Source of the DNA: an uncultured Rivularia sp.
GTDB taxonomy: Bacteria; Cyanobacteriota; Cyanobacteriia; Cyanobacteriales; Nostocaceae
Reading direction: 5' to 3'
NCBI GenBank assembly: GCA_963665115.1
Contig: OY762007.1
Location: forward strand, 6,528,001 to 6,592,000
DNA: 64,000 bases
Position numbers and translations under genes: made by a program. This document shows, piece by piece, positions 1 to 11,325 of this stretch. How positions within the stretch are numbered: the stretch's first letter is position 1; each line of letters opens with the position of its first letter. The notes under the pieces are model-generated. The model made no database searches. It saw nothing but the letters and a program-made list of their open reading frames with translations, and was not told the DNA's origin.

Positions 1-49
1 AAAATTAGGAGTTAGAAATTATAGGATTTTCTTCCCCCTCTACCCCCTC

Positions 50-976
50 TCATCGAACATTTTTCCAAGTCAGTCTTCCTACTTGAATATCGTTTTGCAA
101 TTCTGGATATCGAGCTAAAATATCTTGTGTTTGGGGTAAGGGACAGTCGGCACAAGCTAAAGCTGCTGCGGTTCTTTCAAGTAGTTTCTTTTGTCCTTTA
201 CCGTTTGAATAGCTTTTATTTTGAGATTCGGTTAAAACGCGCTCTAAATCGGCTAACATTTCACTGTTGGCGAATTTTCCGACGCATCGCCATAATTCGG
301 GTGATACGTCGCGCCCAGCAGCCCATCTTTCGTGAGCGTAATCAACCAGCATTCTGGCTAGCTCTGGATTTGCTCGTTCGTCGATTCCTTGAATTAAATG
401 TAAGGGACTACCGAGAAACAAAGCTTTTAAAACCATTTGATTCCAAGCCAGATTGTCTAAATACTTTGCTGGATAAGGATTATTTAAAGCAACGGCATTA
501 AAGACTGCTGTCATATTGCTGCGGATACCTTCCGCCGCGCGATAGCAGAATCTTTCTGGAGAAGGAAGCAGCGGTAATGCTTGATATAGTGCTACTAATT
601 CCCTTACGTCGGCAGCGGCGAATACTTGGTTTAATATCTGTAAATATTTATCTGTATAATTTGATGGTAAACTCAATACCAGTAATGTTCGAGCCGATTG
701 GTCTATAGTCCAATTAGCTGGATACCAGTTATTGCAAACATTTGAGGCTGATTCTAATTCTTCTACCGTGGGCTGTATTTCGTTTTTATCTGTATAACGA
801 GGTACTGCACTAAAGGCAGTAAAGAATAGAAAAGGTGCGGCACCTTCGCCGATCTGCTGTCGCTTTTGATCTAACCAATTGAGAGCTTCAGTATTGACTT
901 GTCGTGATACCCAGCGGTAAAGTAAATCTTCAGCAGTAATATTTTGTGTTTCTATATAACTTATAGCAAGTGACAT
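50..976 (-). CDS. eboA: EboA family protein
   Basis: Motifs GIRSNMTAVFNAVALNNPYPA, WNQMVLKALF and DYAHERWAAGRDV; directly downstream of scyF. Confidence 0.9.
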   Translation of the reverse strand: MSLAISYIETQNITAEDLLYRWVSRQVNTEALNWLDQKRQQIGEGAAPFLFFTAFSAVPRYTDKNEIQPTVEELESASNVCNNWYPANWTIDQSARTLLVLSLPSNYTDKYLQILNQVFAAADVRELVALYQALPLLPSPERFCYRAAEGIRSNMTAVFNAVALNNPYPAKYLDNLAWNQMVLKALFLGSPLHLIQGIDERANPELARMLVDYAHERWAAGRDVSPELWRCVGKFANSEMLADLERVLTESQNKSYSNGKGQKKLLERTAAALACADCPLPQTQDILARYPELQNDIQVGRLTWKNVR

Positions 977-1427
977 TTTGTTATATCTTTCTTCGTTTAT
1001 ATATAGTTGCTTCTTAGTAGTTCTTGCATAGTCCTTTCTACAAAACTTTGAATAGGACTGATGTTGATGTTGTATGTTGACTGAGTTTTAGCCAATATTA
1101 CCAAGATTGCGATCGCTAAGCCATGCGAAAGCTTATTGCACTAGGTTCTTGCTCCAAGACTTAAAACATTTAGTTACTCTTTACAATTAAATACGTAAGT
1201 TTAACTAGTAAAGTCTGTGTATTGCTTGTAACGATATTTTATCCTTGTCAAAGAACTATTGTGTGAAGATTGTAAAAATATTTGCTATTGAATTAAGTAG
1301 TAATATTTTTACTATTCTCTTGATAAGTTTTATGACGATGTACTGAAAGCGGAACCTTTTATTTGAGCGTTCCCAGCCAAAGACTGGGAACCAGAATTAA
1401 ACGAGAATCAATAAGGCAAAATCTTAA

Positions 1428-2591
1428 TTAAGCAGATTGCTTATTCTTCTTCAACTTAGTTGCAGCAGCACCAAGGGCAAATACACCTAAACCTAAGATT
1501 GTTGCAGGCTCGGGTACTTTCTTGGTATCGTCATGACGGTTAACATTTAATACCTGAACGCGACCAGTGAAAAAGTCACCTACATAAACTTTGTCATCGT
1601 TGTAGCTTAAGCCACCACTCCAGTTAAACTTACCTGGCTCCAAGTCGTCAGGGTTAGTAGAAAAAGGTAGTTCTCCAGGTGCGGGAGGTCCGGGATTTTC
1701 TACAGGTCCGCCGAATACGTCTAATAAATTACCGTCTTTGTCAAATACTTGAAGGCGGCTGTTTTGAGAATCTGCAACGTAGATATTGTCTTGTGCGTCC
1801 ACGTCGATACCGATTGGCTCATTAAATTGTCCGGGTTCGGTTCCTTCAGTACCAAAGGCATAAAGGAAGTTCTCTTCCGAATCAAGTACCTGAATTCGGT
1901 TGTTAAACTGGTCGTTAATGTAAATATTGCCAGTAGTTTCAGATATAGCTAAACCAGCAGGGCCATCAAACTGTCCGGGTTCGGTACCCAAGCTGCCATA
2001 GGTTTTAACTAATTCGCCATCTCTACCATAAACCTTTATTTCATCAGCACTGAAATCGGTTACGTGTAAATTACCTTGACCGTCAAAATCGATACCACCG
2101 GGACCAAAGAACAAATCGCCAGGACCTTGACCGCTGAATGAACCAAAGGAAGTCACAAAATCGCCGGTATTAGGGTCGTATACGTCGATTTCGCTGTTGA
2201 AAACGTCAGCTACGTATAAGTTGCCGCTAATAGAATCGAATTTCAAATCTCCAGGTTCGTCTATACCTGCTCCTTTGCCCTGAACGCCAGTTCCGATAGC
2301 TCGAAGATAAGTACCGTCGGGACTAAATACGTCAACTCTGTTACCAACATTAGGAAGAAAACCATTTTCCCCTTGTGTTGGGTCAAAACCGCGACCGTTA
2401 CTTACATAGATATTACCGTCAGCATTGCTCTTTGCAACACCTTGGGGAACGAAAAGTTCTCCCGGTCCGAATCCCGGCGAACCAATTTGGCTATCGTATG
2501 TAAGGTTTATTGCTTTAGCTTCGGCAGTAGCTGCCAAAACCATAAATCCCGCACTCGCAAGCGCTAGTGATACATTTTTGACAAGTTTCAT
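1428..2591 (-). CDS. scyF: Scytonemin protein ScyF (NHL repeats, signal peptide, PEP-CTERM)
   Basis: N-terminal signal, NHL repeats (GTEPGQF..P.G), C-terminal VPEP + TM + basic tail; position in cluster. Confidence 0.92.
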   Translation of the reverse strand: MKLVKNVSLALASAGFMVLAATAEAKAINLTYDSQIGSPGFGPGELFVPQGVAKSNADGNIYVSNGRGFDPTQGENGFLPNVGNRVDVFSPDGTYLRAIGTGVQGKGAGIDEPGDLKFDSISGNLYVADVFNSEIDVYDPNTGDFVTSFGSFSGQGPGDLFFGPGGIDFDGQGNLHVTDFSADEIKVYGRDGELVKTYGSLGTEPGQFDGPAGLAISETTGNIYINDQFNNRIQVLDSEENFLYAFGTEGTEPGQFNEPIGIDVDAQDNIYVADSQNSRLQVFDKDGNLLDVFGGPVENPGPPAPGELPFSTNPDDLEPGKFNWSGGLSYNDDKVYVGDFFTGRVQVLNVNRHDDTKKVPEPATILGLGVFALGAAATKLKKNKQSA

Positions 2592-2778
2592 CGTTGAAAT
2601 TCCTGATAGGGCTAGTTATACTTTTGATTAGGTATTGTGTCCAGGTCTTGTCCTGGAACTCTTACAGTAAGTTGCTGCTCATTTCCTAAAACAGCAATTT
2701 ACTGCTTCTTTTTACTTAGTAATTTCTAAGTATTTAATTATCAAGTACCAGCTATTGATAATTGATAACTGATAACTG

Positions 2779-4227
2779 TTAAAGAACTTCAACCTTGTCC
2801 AAAATTTCTTCTAGCTTCTCTTCTTGACGCTTGCGCTTGCCATATTTAGAAGCCGCACCAGCCGCAGCAACTCCTAATAAACCAATTATGGAAGCAGGCT
2901 CGGGGACTTTTGTAGGTTTTTCACCACTTTTACCTAAATCAATTCGGACTAATTGTCCCTGCTCTGCTAGACGAGCGCGGTTTGCAGTATACAAAGAACC
3001 ATCGCGATAAGTTAAACCGGAAGCAGCTTCTAAACCGTTACCGTTCCAGATTGTTTCGCGAGTTCCGTCAGCAGCAACTTTGATAATTGAACTGCTGATA
3101 TCGCCGATTACTTCACCACCTTGAAGAATGTTCTTCCATTCGGAGGTGTTCATGTGTTGCAGTACGTACAAGGAGCCTTCTTCGTCGTATGCGGTACCAG
3201 TTAACTGAGTGAAGCCGTCACCACCGTTGGTAATTGTTTCCTCAATATTCAGATCGCTATCAACTGAATAAAGACGCGCTCTACCTTCTGGATAGGGGAA
3301 GTAAGAGTATTCAGAAACTGTGAAATCACCATCGGGAGATTGAGTAATTCCTGTAGGTACTGATTGGAATGTGATCGGAAAATCTTGACTTGCTTCTTCT
3401 CCTTCTGCTCCTGGAGGTGGGCCGCTTGGTGCTTCGCCACCTTGACCGTTGATTGCTGGTAATCCGGGTGCATCAGATGGTTGTTCTCCATCTGGAATTT
3501 CACCAGGTGGTTCAAAGCTGGGGAATTCCAGTTCGCTTTGATCGACAGGTAGGATAGGGAACGCTGCTACTTTTTCAATGCCGCCTCGATCGAGTGGTGT
3601 TTTCCAAATTACGTTCGCACCACCATCAACTACGAAAGCAGTGTTGTCCTTAATCGTCATCGCATAAGGATTGGTGATGATATCGCTACCATCGGGATTG
3701 TTATCTACTTCGTACTGAGCAAAGTCAGCAACTTCTCTTCCTAACGCACCATTTGCTAGGTCTACTTGATATAACTTTCCGAGGGTAGGAGATTGCAAGA
3801 TAGGTCCGCTAGTAGAAGGATCTCCCGCATAACCCATCAATAGATATGCGTTCCCTTGACTATCAAATTTGAAGTCTGCTGGGCCTGCTGCTTGTTCTCC
3901 AAAGGGAGTTAAAGCTAAAGAAGCCAAATCTGGAATAACTGTTTGGGTGCTACCGTCGGTACCGATTTTAAGTAAGGAACCAGTATCACCCGCACATAAA
4001 GGGATAAATTGCGAGCTTGGAGATGGAACGCATCTTCCATCTTCTCCAGTTCCACCTTTTCCGCTGGTTGTTAGATAAATATTTCCCTCGGTATCAAAGT
4101 CGAAGTTACGAGGGTTATCTAATCCGTCAGCTAATACTGATAAGGAGGCTGCTTGTGCTGCTGCCGTTCCAAACATGGAGGCAATACTTACTGTGAAAAG
4201 CGTTAAAGCAATTGACTTGAATTTCAT
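2779..4227 (-). CDS. scyE: ScyD/ScyE family protein ScyE (signal peptide, PEP-CTERM)
   Basis: Signal peptide ending AAQA, QSVPTG and FPYPEG motifs, VPEPAS + TM + KRKR. Confidence 0.88.
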   Translation of the reverse strand: MKFKSIALTLFTVSIASMFGTAAAQAASLSVLADGLDNPRNFDFDTEGNIYLTTSGKGGTGEDGRCVPSPSSQFIPLCAGDTGSLLKIGTDGSTQTVIPDLASLALTPFGEQAAGPADFKFDSQGNAYLLMGYAGDPSTSGPILQSPTLGKLYQVDLANGALGREVADFAQYEVDNNPDGSDIITNPYAMTIKDNTAFVVDGGANVIWKTPLDRGGIEKVAAFPILPVDQSELEFPSFEPPGEIPDGEQPSDAPGLPAINGQGGEAPSGPPPGAEGEEASQDFPITFQSVPTGITQSPDGDFTVSEYSYFPYPEGRARLYSVDSDLNIEETITNGGDGFTQLTGTAYDEEGSLYVLQHMNTSEWKNILQGGEVIGDISSSIIKVAADGTRETIWNGNGLEAASGLTYRDGSLYTANRARLAEQGQLVRIDLGKSGEKPTKVPEPASIIGLLGVAAAGAASKYGKRKRQEEKLEEILDKVEVL

Positions 4228-4384
4228 AATTTGTGAAATTGATTAGTAGTTTATGGAATAAATGCGGTTCTTTAAAGAACAGCCCCGATTGTTGGGATAT
4301 AAATATCAAGCAGATTGTTGGCTTGAAACTTTTTTCCGTTCGTATAACTTGCGTTATTGACAATCCATAACGCGCCACTAGATA

Positions 4385-5518
4385 TCAAGAACGGGGAATA
4401 TTTTTAGGATTATCAACTCTGATAACCTGTCCGATTCCCGGACAACCGCCTCTATTGATGATATAAAAAGCACCATCGTGACCTATTGTTAAAGCAGAAG
4501 GCATTTCTAATCCATTACCCTCGATGAGCGTTGTCCGTTCGCCTTTAGGAGAAATTTTAATCAAGGCTCCATCTGGTTTTCCTTTCCAGCCAGACTGATT
4601 CATATGTTGTAAAACATACAAATTACCCTCAGCATCAAAGGTCATATCTATTAATTGCGTAAATCCATCGGCGAAAACTTCTAACTCGCCGTTCGCACTA
4701 ATTCTATAGATTTTTGCTTCACCTTCAGGGAAAGGAAAGCCACTAAATTCGCAAACGTAATAAGCACCATCCGCGCCTTTAACAACATCCGTAGGTACCG
4801 ATTGAATCGACATTTGGGATGGTGGTGCTTGATGATAAGCTCCGGGCGCTGGTACGTGCCCTCGGTCGAAGTTTTGCGATTTAGCACCAGGTAATATTGG
4901 ATTAGTTAATATCCGTTCGGGAATCGCAGCAATTAAGTTCAAATTGCTGCCGTCAGTATTTACGCTGAAGAGACTGTTCGCGCCCGCATCAACCACTACC
5001 AATTTATGCTCATCTACGTATAAAGACAAGGGGTTGCTGGCAACTTCATTATCCTTTAATACAATCTTATTAATTACTTCACAATTAATGATATCTGCTA
5101 CACTTGACCAGGTATTATTACTCTCATTGAATGTAATAATTGTTCCCAAACTGGTATCGCCAAGAGATTCGCGAAAAGCTGGATTAGCTGCATAACCTAA
5201 TAGAACATAAGCTGTTCCATTTGCATCAAACTTGATATCGTGAGGACCGGCAGCACCCGAACCATCGGGGAATGCCACGGAAGGCAATCCGGTCAAAATA
5301 CGTTGAACTATGCCATTTTCAATTTTGCAAATAGCACCACTAAAACCGTAGTGTAAATCGCCTTGACCGCTAGGAGAAGGAATGATAGATCCATCTCCAC
5401 CAATTCCGGCTTCTGTGACATACAGACTACCGTCGGGAGCAAATGTTAACCCCTTTGGATTATTAAGACCTTCGGCGAGTATTGTAAAAGTTGTATTTGT
5501 GAGTAGCTTTGCTGTCAT
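4385..5518 (-). CDS. scyD: ScyD/ScyE family protein ScyD, lacking export signals
   Basis: LAEGLNNPKGL, QSVPTDV, FSGFPFPEG and GFTQL motifs; lies between scyC and scyE. Confidence 0.85.
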   Translation of the reverse strand: MTAKLLTNTTFTILAEGLNNPKGLTFAPDGSLYVTEAGIGGDGSIIPSPSGQGDLHYGFSGAICKIENGIVQRILTGLPSVAFPDGSGAAGPHDIKFDANGTAYVLLGYAANPAFRESLGDTSLGTIITFNESNNTWSSVADIINCEVINKIVLKDNEVASNPLSLYVDEHKLVVVDAGANSLFSVNTDGSNLNLIAAIPERILTNPILPGAKSQNFDRGHVPAPGAYHQAPPSQMSIQSVPTDVVKGADGAYYVCEFSGFPFPEGEAKIYRISANGELEVFADGFTQLIDMTFDAEGNLYVLQHMNQSGWKGKPDGALIKISPKGERTTLIEGNGLEMPSALTIGHDGAFYIINRGGCPGIGQVIRVDNPKNIPRS

Positions 5519-5849
5519 TTATAAAAAAATAAGTTATTTGTGCTTAAGATTATTCGGGACTAACGCAATAGCAGCTAAAAGCTAGTATTTTATCTGGTTC
5601 AAATTACCCTAACCTCCCTTACGTAAGGGAGGTTATACGGGTAAAATCCCGATCGCCTATAAAATTAGTAGAAAGCACCCCGATCAAAATATTATTCAAA
5701 TTAAGAACGTTCAAAATCCAAATTTGTTAGATGTTGGATTAATCTAAGAATGGTATTCTCAAATATTTTCAAAGACTTTAAAGCTTTTAATTTTCGATTT
5801 TTTCAATACGGAAACTCTTAAAAAAGATTCCAATCCAAAATCTAAAATC

Positions 5850-6800
5850 CTATTGCGGAATATAGCTCATCCCTCTGTTAAAGCTTTCCATATTGCCAGC
5901 TTTGCTTTCGAGCATCCGCTTAATGTTCATACTTTCAGCACCTAAATCTTCAATTTGCAATTTGCCGTGAACCTCAGATTTATCAGCTTTCCAAAAACTA
6001 ATTCTATGCATAATAAAACCTGGAGCTTCGGGATCTGCAAATGCATAAGAAGCTGGTATTAACAGCATAGGAGTCCGCTGATAATATTCATGTTCTGGAT
6101 AGTAAAACTCTTGTTCAAGCAAATAATATTTACTCAAACTATGTAGCTGGATGCTCGCTTTGACTTTCTGATTATATTCATCTCTAAACTCACCCTCAGA
6201 GGCAGTAATCTCACCATCGGGTTTGAGCAAATGCGCCCATTCATCCATATTCCGCAAGTCTTGTAAAAATTCGATACCCATTTCAATTGGCGCATCGACG
6301 TATATAGTGTCAGTATCTACAAAGTGCTTCCCTTTTGCTGCACTAGTAAAACCTTCTTTACGTTCGAGATTTGCTTTCAAAGAACGACATTCAGAAGTAT
6401 GTACCGTATGAATGCCTTGCATAATCATTCCAGTTTGCCGCTTGGGATCGACAAAACTTAACCAATGAAAATATACGCCTTTTTCGTCGGTTCCCGGTTC
6501 AATATAATCGGTAGGGAAAAGTAATACGGGGTAAACTTGGTAATATTTTTGATATTCCAACCCACAGTGCCATTCTATGCCGTAAAACTTCGGATTTTCT
6601 AGTTTTTTGACGTGATAGTAAAGGTCTTCATGATAGCCGGAGGCTGTTCCTCTGTAGGTATCCTCGTCAATCTTTTCTTTCATTCGGCTAAACAGCGTCC
6701 ATTCATCCAAATTCTTTAAACTACAAAGATAGTTAAAGGCTGTTTTTGGTGAAGTTGCAATATAAGCTGATGTCGCAAACGTATTTTTTTCCATTGTCAC
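5850..6800 (-). CDS. scyC: Scytonemin cyclase/decarboxylase ScyC
   Basis: NTFATSAYIATSP...NLDEWTLFSRM, two similar halves; follows scyB. Confidence 0.92.
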   Translation of the reverse strand: MTMEKNTFATSAYIATSPKTAFNYLCSLKNLDEWTLFSRMKEKIDEDTYRGTASGYHEDLYYHVKKLENPKFYGIEWHCGLEYQKYYQVYPVLLFPTDYIEPGTDEKGVYFHWLSFVDPKRQTGMIMQGIHTVHTSECRSLKANLERKEGFTSAAKGKHFVDTDTIYVDAPIEMGIEFLQDLRNMDEWAHLLKPDGEITASEGEFRDEYNQKVKASIQLHSLSKYYLLEQEFYYPEHEYYQRTPMLLIPASYAFADPEAPGFIMHRISFWKADKSEVHGKLQIEDLGAESMNIKRMLESKAGNMESFNRGMSYIPQ

Positions 6801-6842
6801 CCCTTTTCAATTATCAATTAACAATTACCAATTATCTGTAAC

Positions 6843-7925
6843 TCAGTTTTTACCGTTTTTAGATCCAGATGTTGCTAAAACCTTTTTAAGATTTTTAGCG
6901 TTAGCAATTCTTTCTTCTGCTAATTGTTTAGAAGCATCATCTGTGGTAATTTGTTGCTTCTCGGCTCGGTCAAAGATTTCAAGTAAAGTATTGTAGATAT
7001 TTCTTACTTGCTTAAAGGCTTTCTCTTCGTTATAACCAATCATTTCGTTATAAACGTTGATTAATCCTCCGGCATTAATTACATAATCAGGAGCATATAG
7101 AATGGATTTTTCTACAAGCTTCATTCCGTCTGGTTTCTCTTCACCTAGCTGATTGTTAGCAGCACCAGCAATTACACTCGCTTTTATTTGAGGAATTGTC
7201 TCGCTATTAAGAATTCCACCTAAAGCACAAGGAGAAAATACATCAACATCAAGACCGTAAATTTCTGAAGGTTCTATTACCGTAGCACCAAATAAACGCT
7301 CGATCTCTTCTGTTCTTTCTTCATTAATATCGGTAACAAAAAGCTTTGCACCGTTTTCATGTAAATGACGGCAAAGGTTTGTACCAACATTTCCCAGCCC
7401 TTGAACTGCTACTTTTAGTCCTTTTAAATCGGAAGTTTTTAAGCGAAACTCCACAGCCGCTTTTAAACCTAAAAATACTCCCCATCCAGTTACAGGTGCG
7501 GGACCACCGGACTTTTCTTCAACACCTACAACATGATTAGTTTCTCGACTAATTTTTCTGACATCTTCCGGGGTCATGTTGACATCTTGACCCGTGATAA
7601 AACGTCCGTTCAGGCTGTTGACAAAACGCCCGTAAGCATATAGAAGTTCGTCTGTTTTATGTTTAGGATTACCAATAATTACCGCTTTACCTCCACCAAC
7701 CGGAATGTTAGCGCAAGCAGCTTTATAAGTCATACCACGACTCAAACGTAAAGCATCTTTTAACGCAGCTTCTTCCGAGACATAAGGCAACATTCTTGTT
7801 GCTCCCATCGCAGGTCCCAAACTTGTATCGTGAATAGCAATTATTGCTTTGATATCTGGGTCTTTACCATTACAAAACAATACTTGTTCGTGACCCATTT
7901 CTGTCACATTATCAAAAAGATTCAA
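6843..7925 (-). CDS. scyB: Tryptophan dehydrogenase ScyB (Glu/Leu/Phe/Val dehydrogenase family)
   Basis: LSRGMTYK, GGGKAVI, VAVQGLGNVG and YAPDYVINAGG motifs. Confidence 0.95.
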   Translation of the reverse strand: MNLFDNVTEMGHEQVLFCNGKDPDIKAIIAIHDTSLGPAMGATRMLPYVSEEAALKDALRLSRGMTYKAACANIPVGGGKAVIIGNPKHKTDELLYAYGRFVNSLNGRFITGQDVNMTPEDVRKISRETNHVVGVEEKSGGPAPVTGWGVFLGLKAAVEFRLKTSDLKGLKVAVQGLGNVGTNLCRHLHENGAKLFVTDINEERTEEIERLFGATVIEPSEIYGLDVDVFSPCALGGILNSETIPQIKASVIAGAANNQLGEEKPDGMKLVEKSILYAPDYVINAGGLINVYNEMIGYNEEKAFKQVRNIYNTLLEIFDRAEKQQITTDDASKQLAEERIANAKNLKKVLATSGSKNGKN

Positions 7926-8075
7926 TATACCTGCTCCTACTAGATGAAAAATTAAATAAATACAATAAAGGTGGTTAGTGGTTAGTTGTTAATGGTTAGT
8001 GGTTAACAAGTAATCACCAGGGAGCAAGATGCTCCCACTACAGCAAAACTCTTAACAGACTACAACTAACAAGAC

Positions 8076-9924
8076 TTAAATATTCGGAAATGACGCTTGT
8101 ACTTTTGGTTTCTGTTCGGAAGTTGATTTAACTCCTTGAGAAGCCAGACCTTTATTACGTCCTTTAGAAGGAGCAGGGTCTATCTGGATCGATCAGAACA
8201 TCGATTATTACTGGACCATTTGCGGCGATCGCCTTTTCTAATGCTGCTGTAATTTCAGATTCTTTAGTAACGCGAATACCTTCGGCTCCCATTCCCCGAG
8301 CGACCATTTGAAAATCTGTCTCGGGCATGATTGCATCTGCGCCGGTCATGCCTAACATTTTCATGCCTTGATGGCACATATTGTAGCGAGCATCGTTGAG
8401 GACAATCCAAATTGCCGGAATCTGATATTTTACTGCGGTGCTGATTTCGTTATTCATCAACATCGCTCCGTCTCCCACAATGGCTACGGCTTTTCCATTT
8501 CTAGCGCTCGCGGCACCAACAACACCAGTGACAGCGTGTCCCATCGCGCCGACTCCAGTACTAACTCGATAGCGATTAGCTTGGTTAAATTGCAAAAGAT
8601 TTGTTGACCAAGTGAACGAGTTGCCGCATTCAGCCATAACAACCGCATCGCTACCGTCAACAATTATATGCTGAATCGCTTCCATTAAAGCTTCTGGTCT
8701 AATGGGTGATTCTTGTCCGGGTTCTACCGTGGAACGTTCCGGCTTGGGTAATGATGAAGGTTGAGATGCTTTAATTTGTGACTGTGAATTTTCGTCAGCT
8801 TCTAAAACACTTAGCAATTGCAAAACAAAGGCTTTAATATCAGACTGAATTCCCAAAGTCTCAGCATGAGGATAAGCGACTCCTGGAACATTAGGATCTA
8901 TATCGACATGGATGAAACCTCTTGAAGGAACCATATCCTGATTCCAAAATGAAGTCGGTTCGCTCAAACGACTTCCCAATACTAAAGTGCGGATAGGAGC
9001 CTGTTCTTGCATATATGTCATCGCTGAGCCGTGCCCGCCTAAACCAGTTACCCCAATAAACTGAGGATGGTTTTCTGGGAAAATTCCTTTACCCCGAGGA
9101 GAACACATTACTGCTGCTCCAGTTTTTTCGGCAAGCTGACGAATTTCCGCAGCCGCGCCACGGGCACCAAATCCCAACCAAATGGCAAATGTACCTTCAG
9201 AAAGTAACTTAACTGCATTCGCAACAACTTCCGAACTCGATGTTACTAAAGAACAGCTAATGCCTTGCTCTGGCAATAGAGTCTCATCCATACTCATATT
9301 TTGTACCGCTGTAGGTATGGTTATATGAGCAACATACCCTCCGGGCTGGGAAAGTCCCAAAGCAAGTTTACGAAATATTTGCGGCAATTGAGCGGGAGAT
9401 TCCACTGTGCTAGCATAATTAAACACCGTACCCGTGGTGAAAATACCACTACTTGGTAAAGTGTCGGTACTGGTTTCCTGAATTGCCCACCGTCCCCGTT
9501 GCGCTGCTGAGGTGCAAGCTGACAGCAAAATCACTTTTGCACCTTCGCCACGCGCAGCAAATAATCCGGTTAAAGCATTCGTTATACCAGGTCCTGCTGT
9601 GGTAAACACCACAGTGGGATTACCGCTAGCAAAATAACCTTCCGTAGCAGCAAACGCCGCTCCAGCCTCATGGCGGAAATTCAATACATCAACATCGCTA
9701 TTGGATAAAGCGCCCCAAAGTGATGCCATCGCACCTCCGGAAACTCCGTAGGCCGATTTTATTCCTAACTTTTCACACATTTGAGCTAATGCATCAGCAA
9801 CAGCCATATTCTCGTTGCTGTCTTCAGTAGACTCGCTTACTATCGCTTGTGCATAACTTTGCTTAAGAGCTTCTTGCTGTTCTACGCTCGTAGAAGAAGC
9901 TCTTTTAGTAACATTTTGAACCAT
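8076..9924 (-). CDS. scyA: ThDP-dependent acyloin synthase ScyA; apparent frameshift near 8176-8178
   Basis: FRHEAGAAFAA and GDGAMLM...LND motifs. Removing one base of the GGG at 8176-8178 extends the ORF with RPAPSKGRNKGLASQG...FPNI to a stop at 8076. Confidence 0.93.
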
Positions 9925-11325
9925 TATTTAATATACGCTCCCTGAACTAGGGTTGGGTGTACCTAACTATTTAATATTCACAGCTTTTCGGATGCGCTTT
10001 CAATGACACTCGAAACTTATGGCTATGCTTCCTTACTGTTTCCTTATAACTTCACACCCAGCCTTACAAACACCGGGAATGGTTAATTACCACTTTTGCC
10101 GTCAGTAGAAAAATTTAACTATAGAAGCAAAACAACCAGGACTCTGTGTTTATAAAAACAAGCCTACATAAATGTTGCATATTACTGCAATGAAAAATCT
10201 TTTGATCGCATTGCCTATTTTTTTGCTTTTCTTTACATTTAAAATCAATCTAATAAGCAAAGTTAGTAAATAAATATACTAAAAAATATTTATTTACACT
10301 CAATTAGTTAGGCTGGGAAGTCTATTGTTTATTAGGTTATCCGGTTTTTAACGGATATATTGTCTAATAAATAAATTATTTATACGTTTTTTATTTAAGT
10401 CTATACACTGAGATAATTAGGTTGGATTGCAATACTGAACAATGCCTAAAATCATCAAACTCAATCTACAATCAAAATAATTAATAATAAATACTAAAAT
10501 ACACCTAAAGATAGATGCAGACATATATCAAGTGATTTTTTGTCCTTTGCAAGTATGTCTTGTGGGAGATGTAGCAAAGTTAAAATTTATAGTTAAATTT
10601 TTAAAGAATAATGAGAAAATTAATTAAGCAAAATAAATTAGATTTAGCTGTAATTTGTTTTTATTAAGCAGTAATTCTTTCTCGATTATCCCAATTAAGC
10701 AGTAAAATCAACTATATATTTCCAAAAGTATAATTTTTTATACAAAGTAAATCTTCCGTAAAAATATTTGTATCTAAGTAGCTTTCAAGCATGAAGAACT
10801 AATTACAATTATTTATGCTTTAAGGTATATAGAGTAGTGAAGTAATGCATTTTTTTGATGATAGCTACTTTTATCTCTATCTAAAGCCTTTTTTGATTCG
10901 ATCCAGGTTTTAAATCTTTAATCGGGTTATATAGCAATAATATGCTGCATAATTAGATAAGCATGATTCATAAACTTTTTGACATTACACAGAACAAGCT
11001 TGTTTATACAAAAAAGTTTTTTATGAGTTAAGTGTTTAAGTTGTTAATGATACATCAATTGATTCAAACTCAACTTTATAAAGCAATTGTGAAATTTTTT
11101 GTAAAGTTATATGAATTATTTACGTTTTTTGATAAGTTATTTTAAGCAAAGGTATACGGCGGGTTTATAGCAAAGTGACTTTTCTGCTTTTAACAGTAAG
11201 TAAAAATGCTTATCGAAGTTAGAAGCGATTATTAGCGGTAACTTGGAACTTTTTACAACCGGGCGTTGCAATCTTGCTTGAACCTCTCAATGATTAAACC
11301 AGCATAGCGGAGCATATACTTTCTT

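Noticed and set aside
10049..10321. Imperfect inverted motif CCCAGCCT(T/A)AC upstream of scyA
   Set aside because: Short, gapped and about 250 bp apart; cannot be told from chance without comparative data
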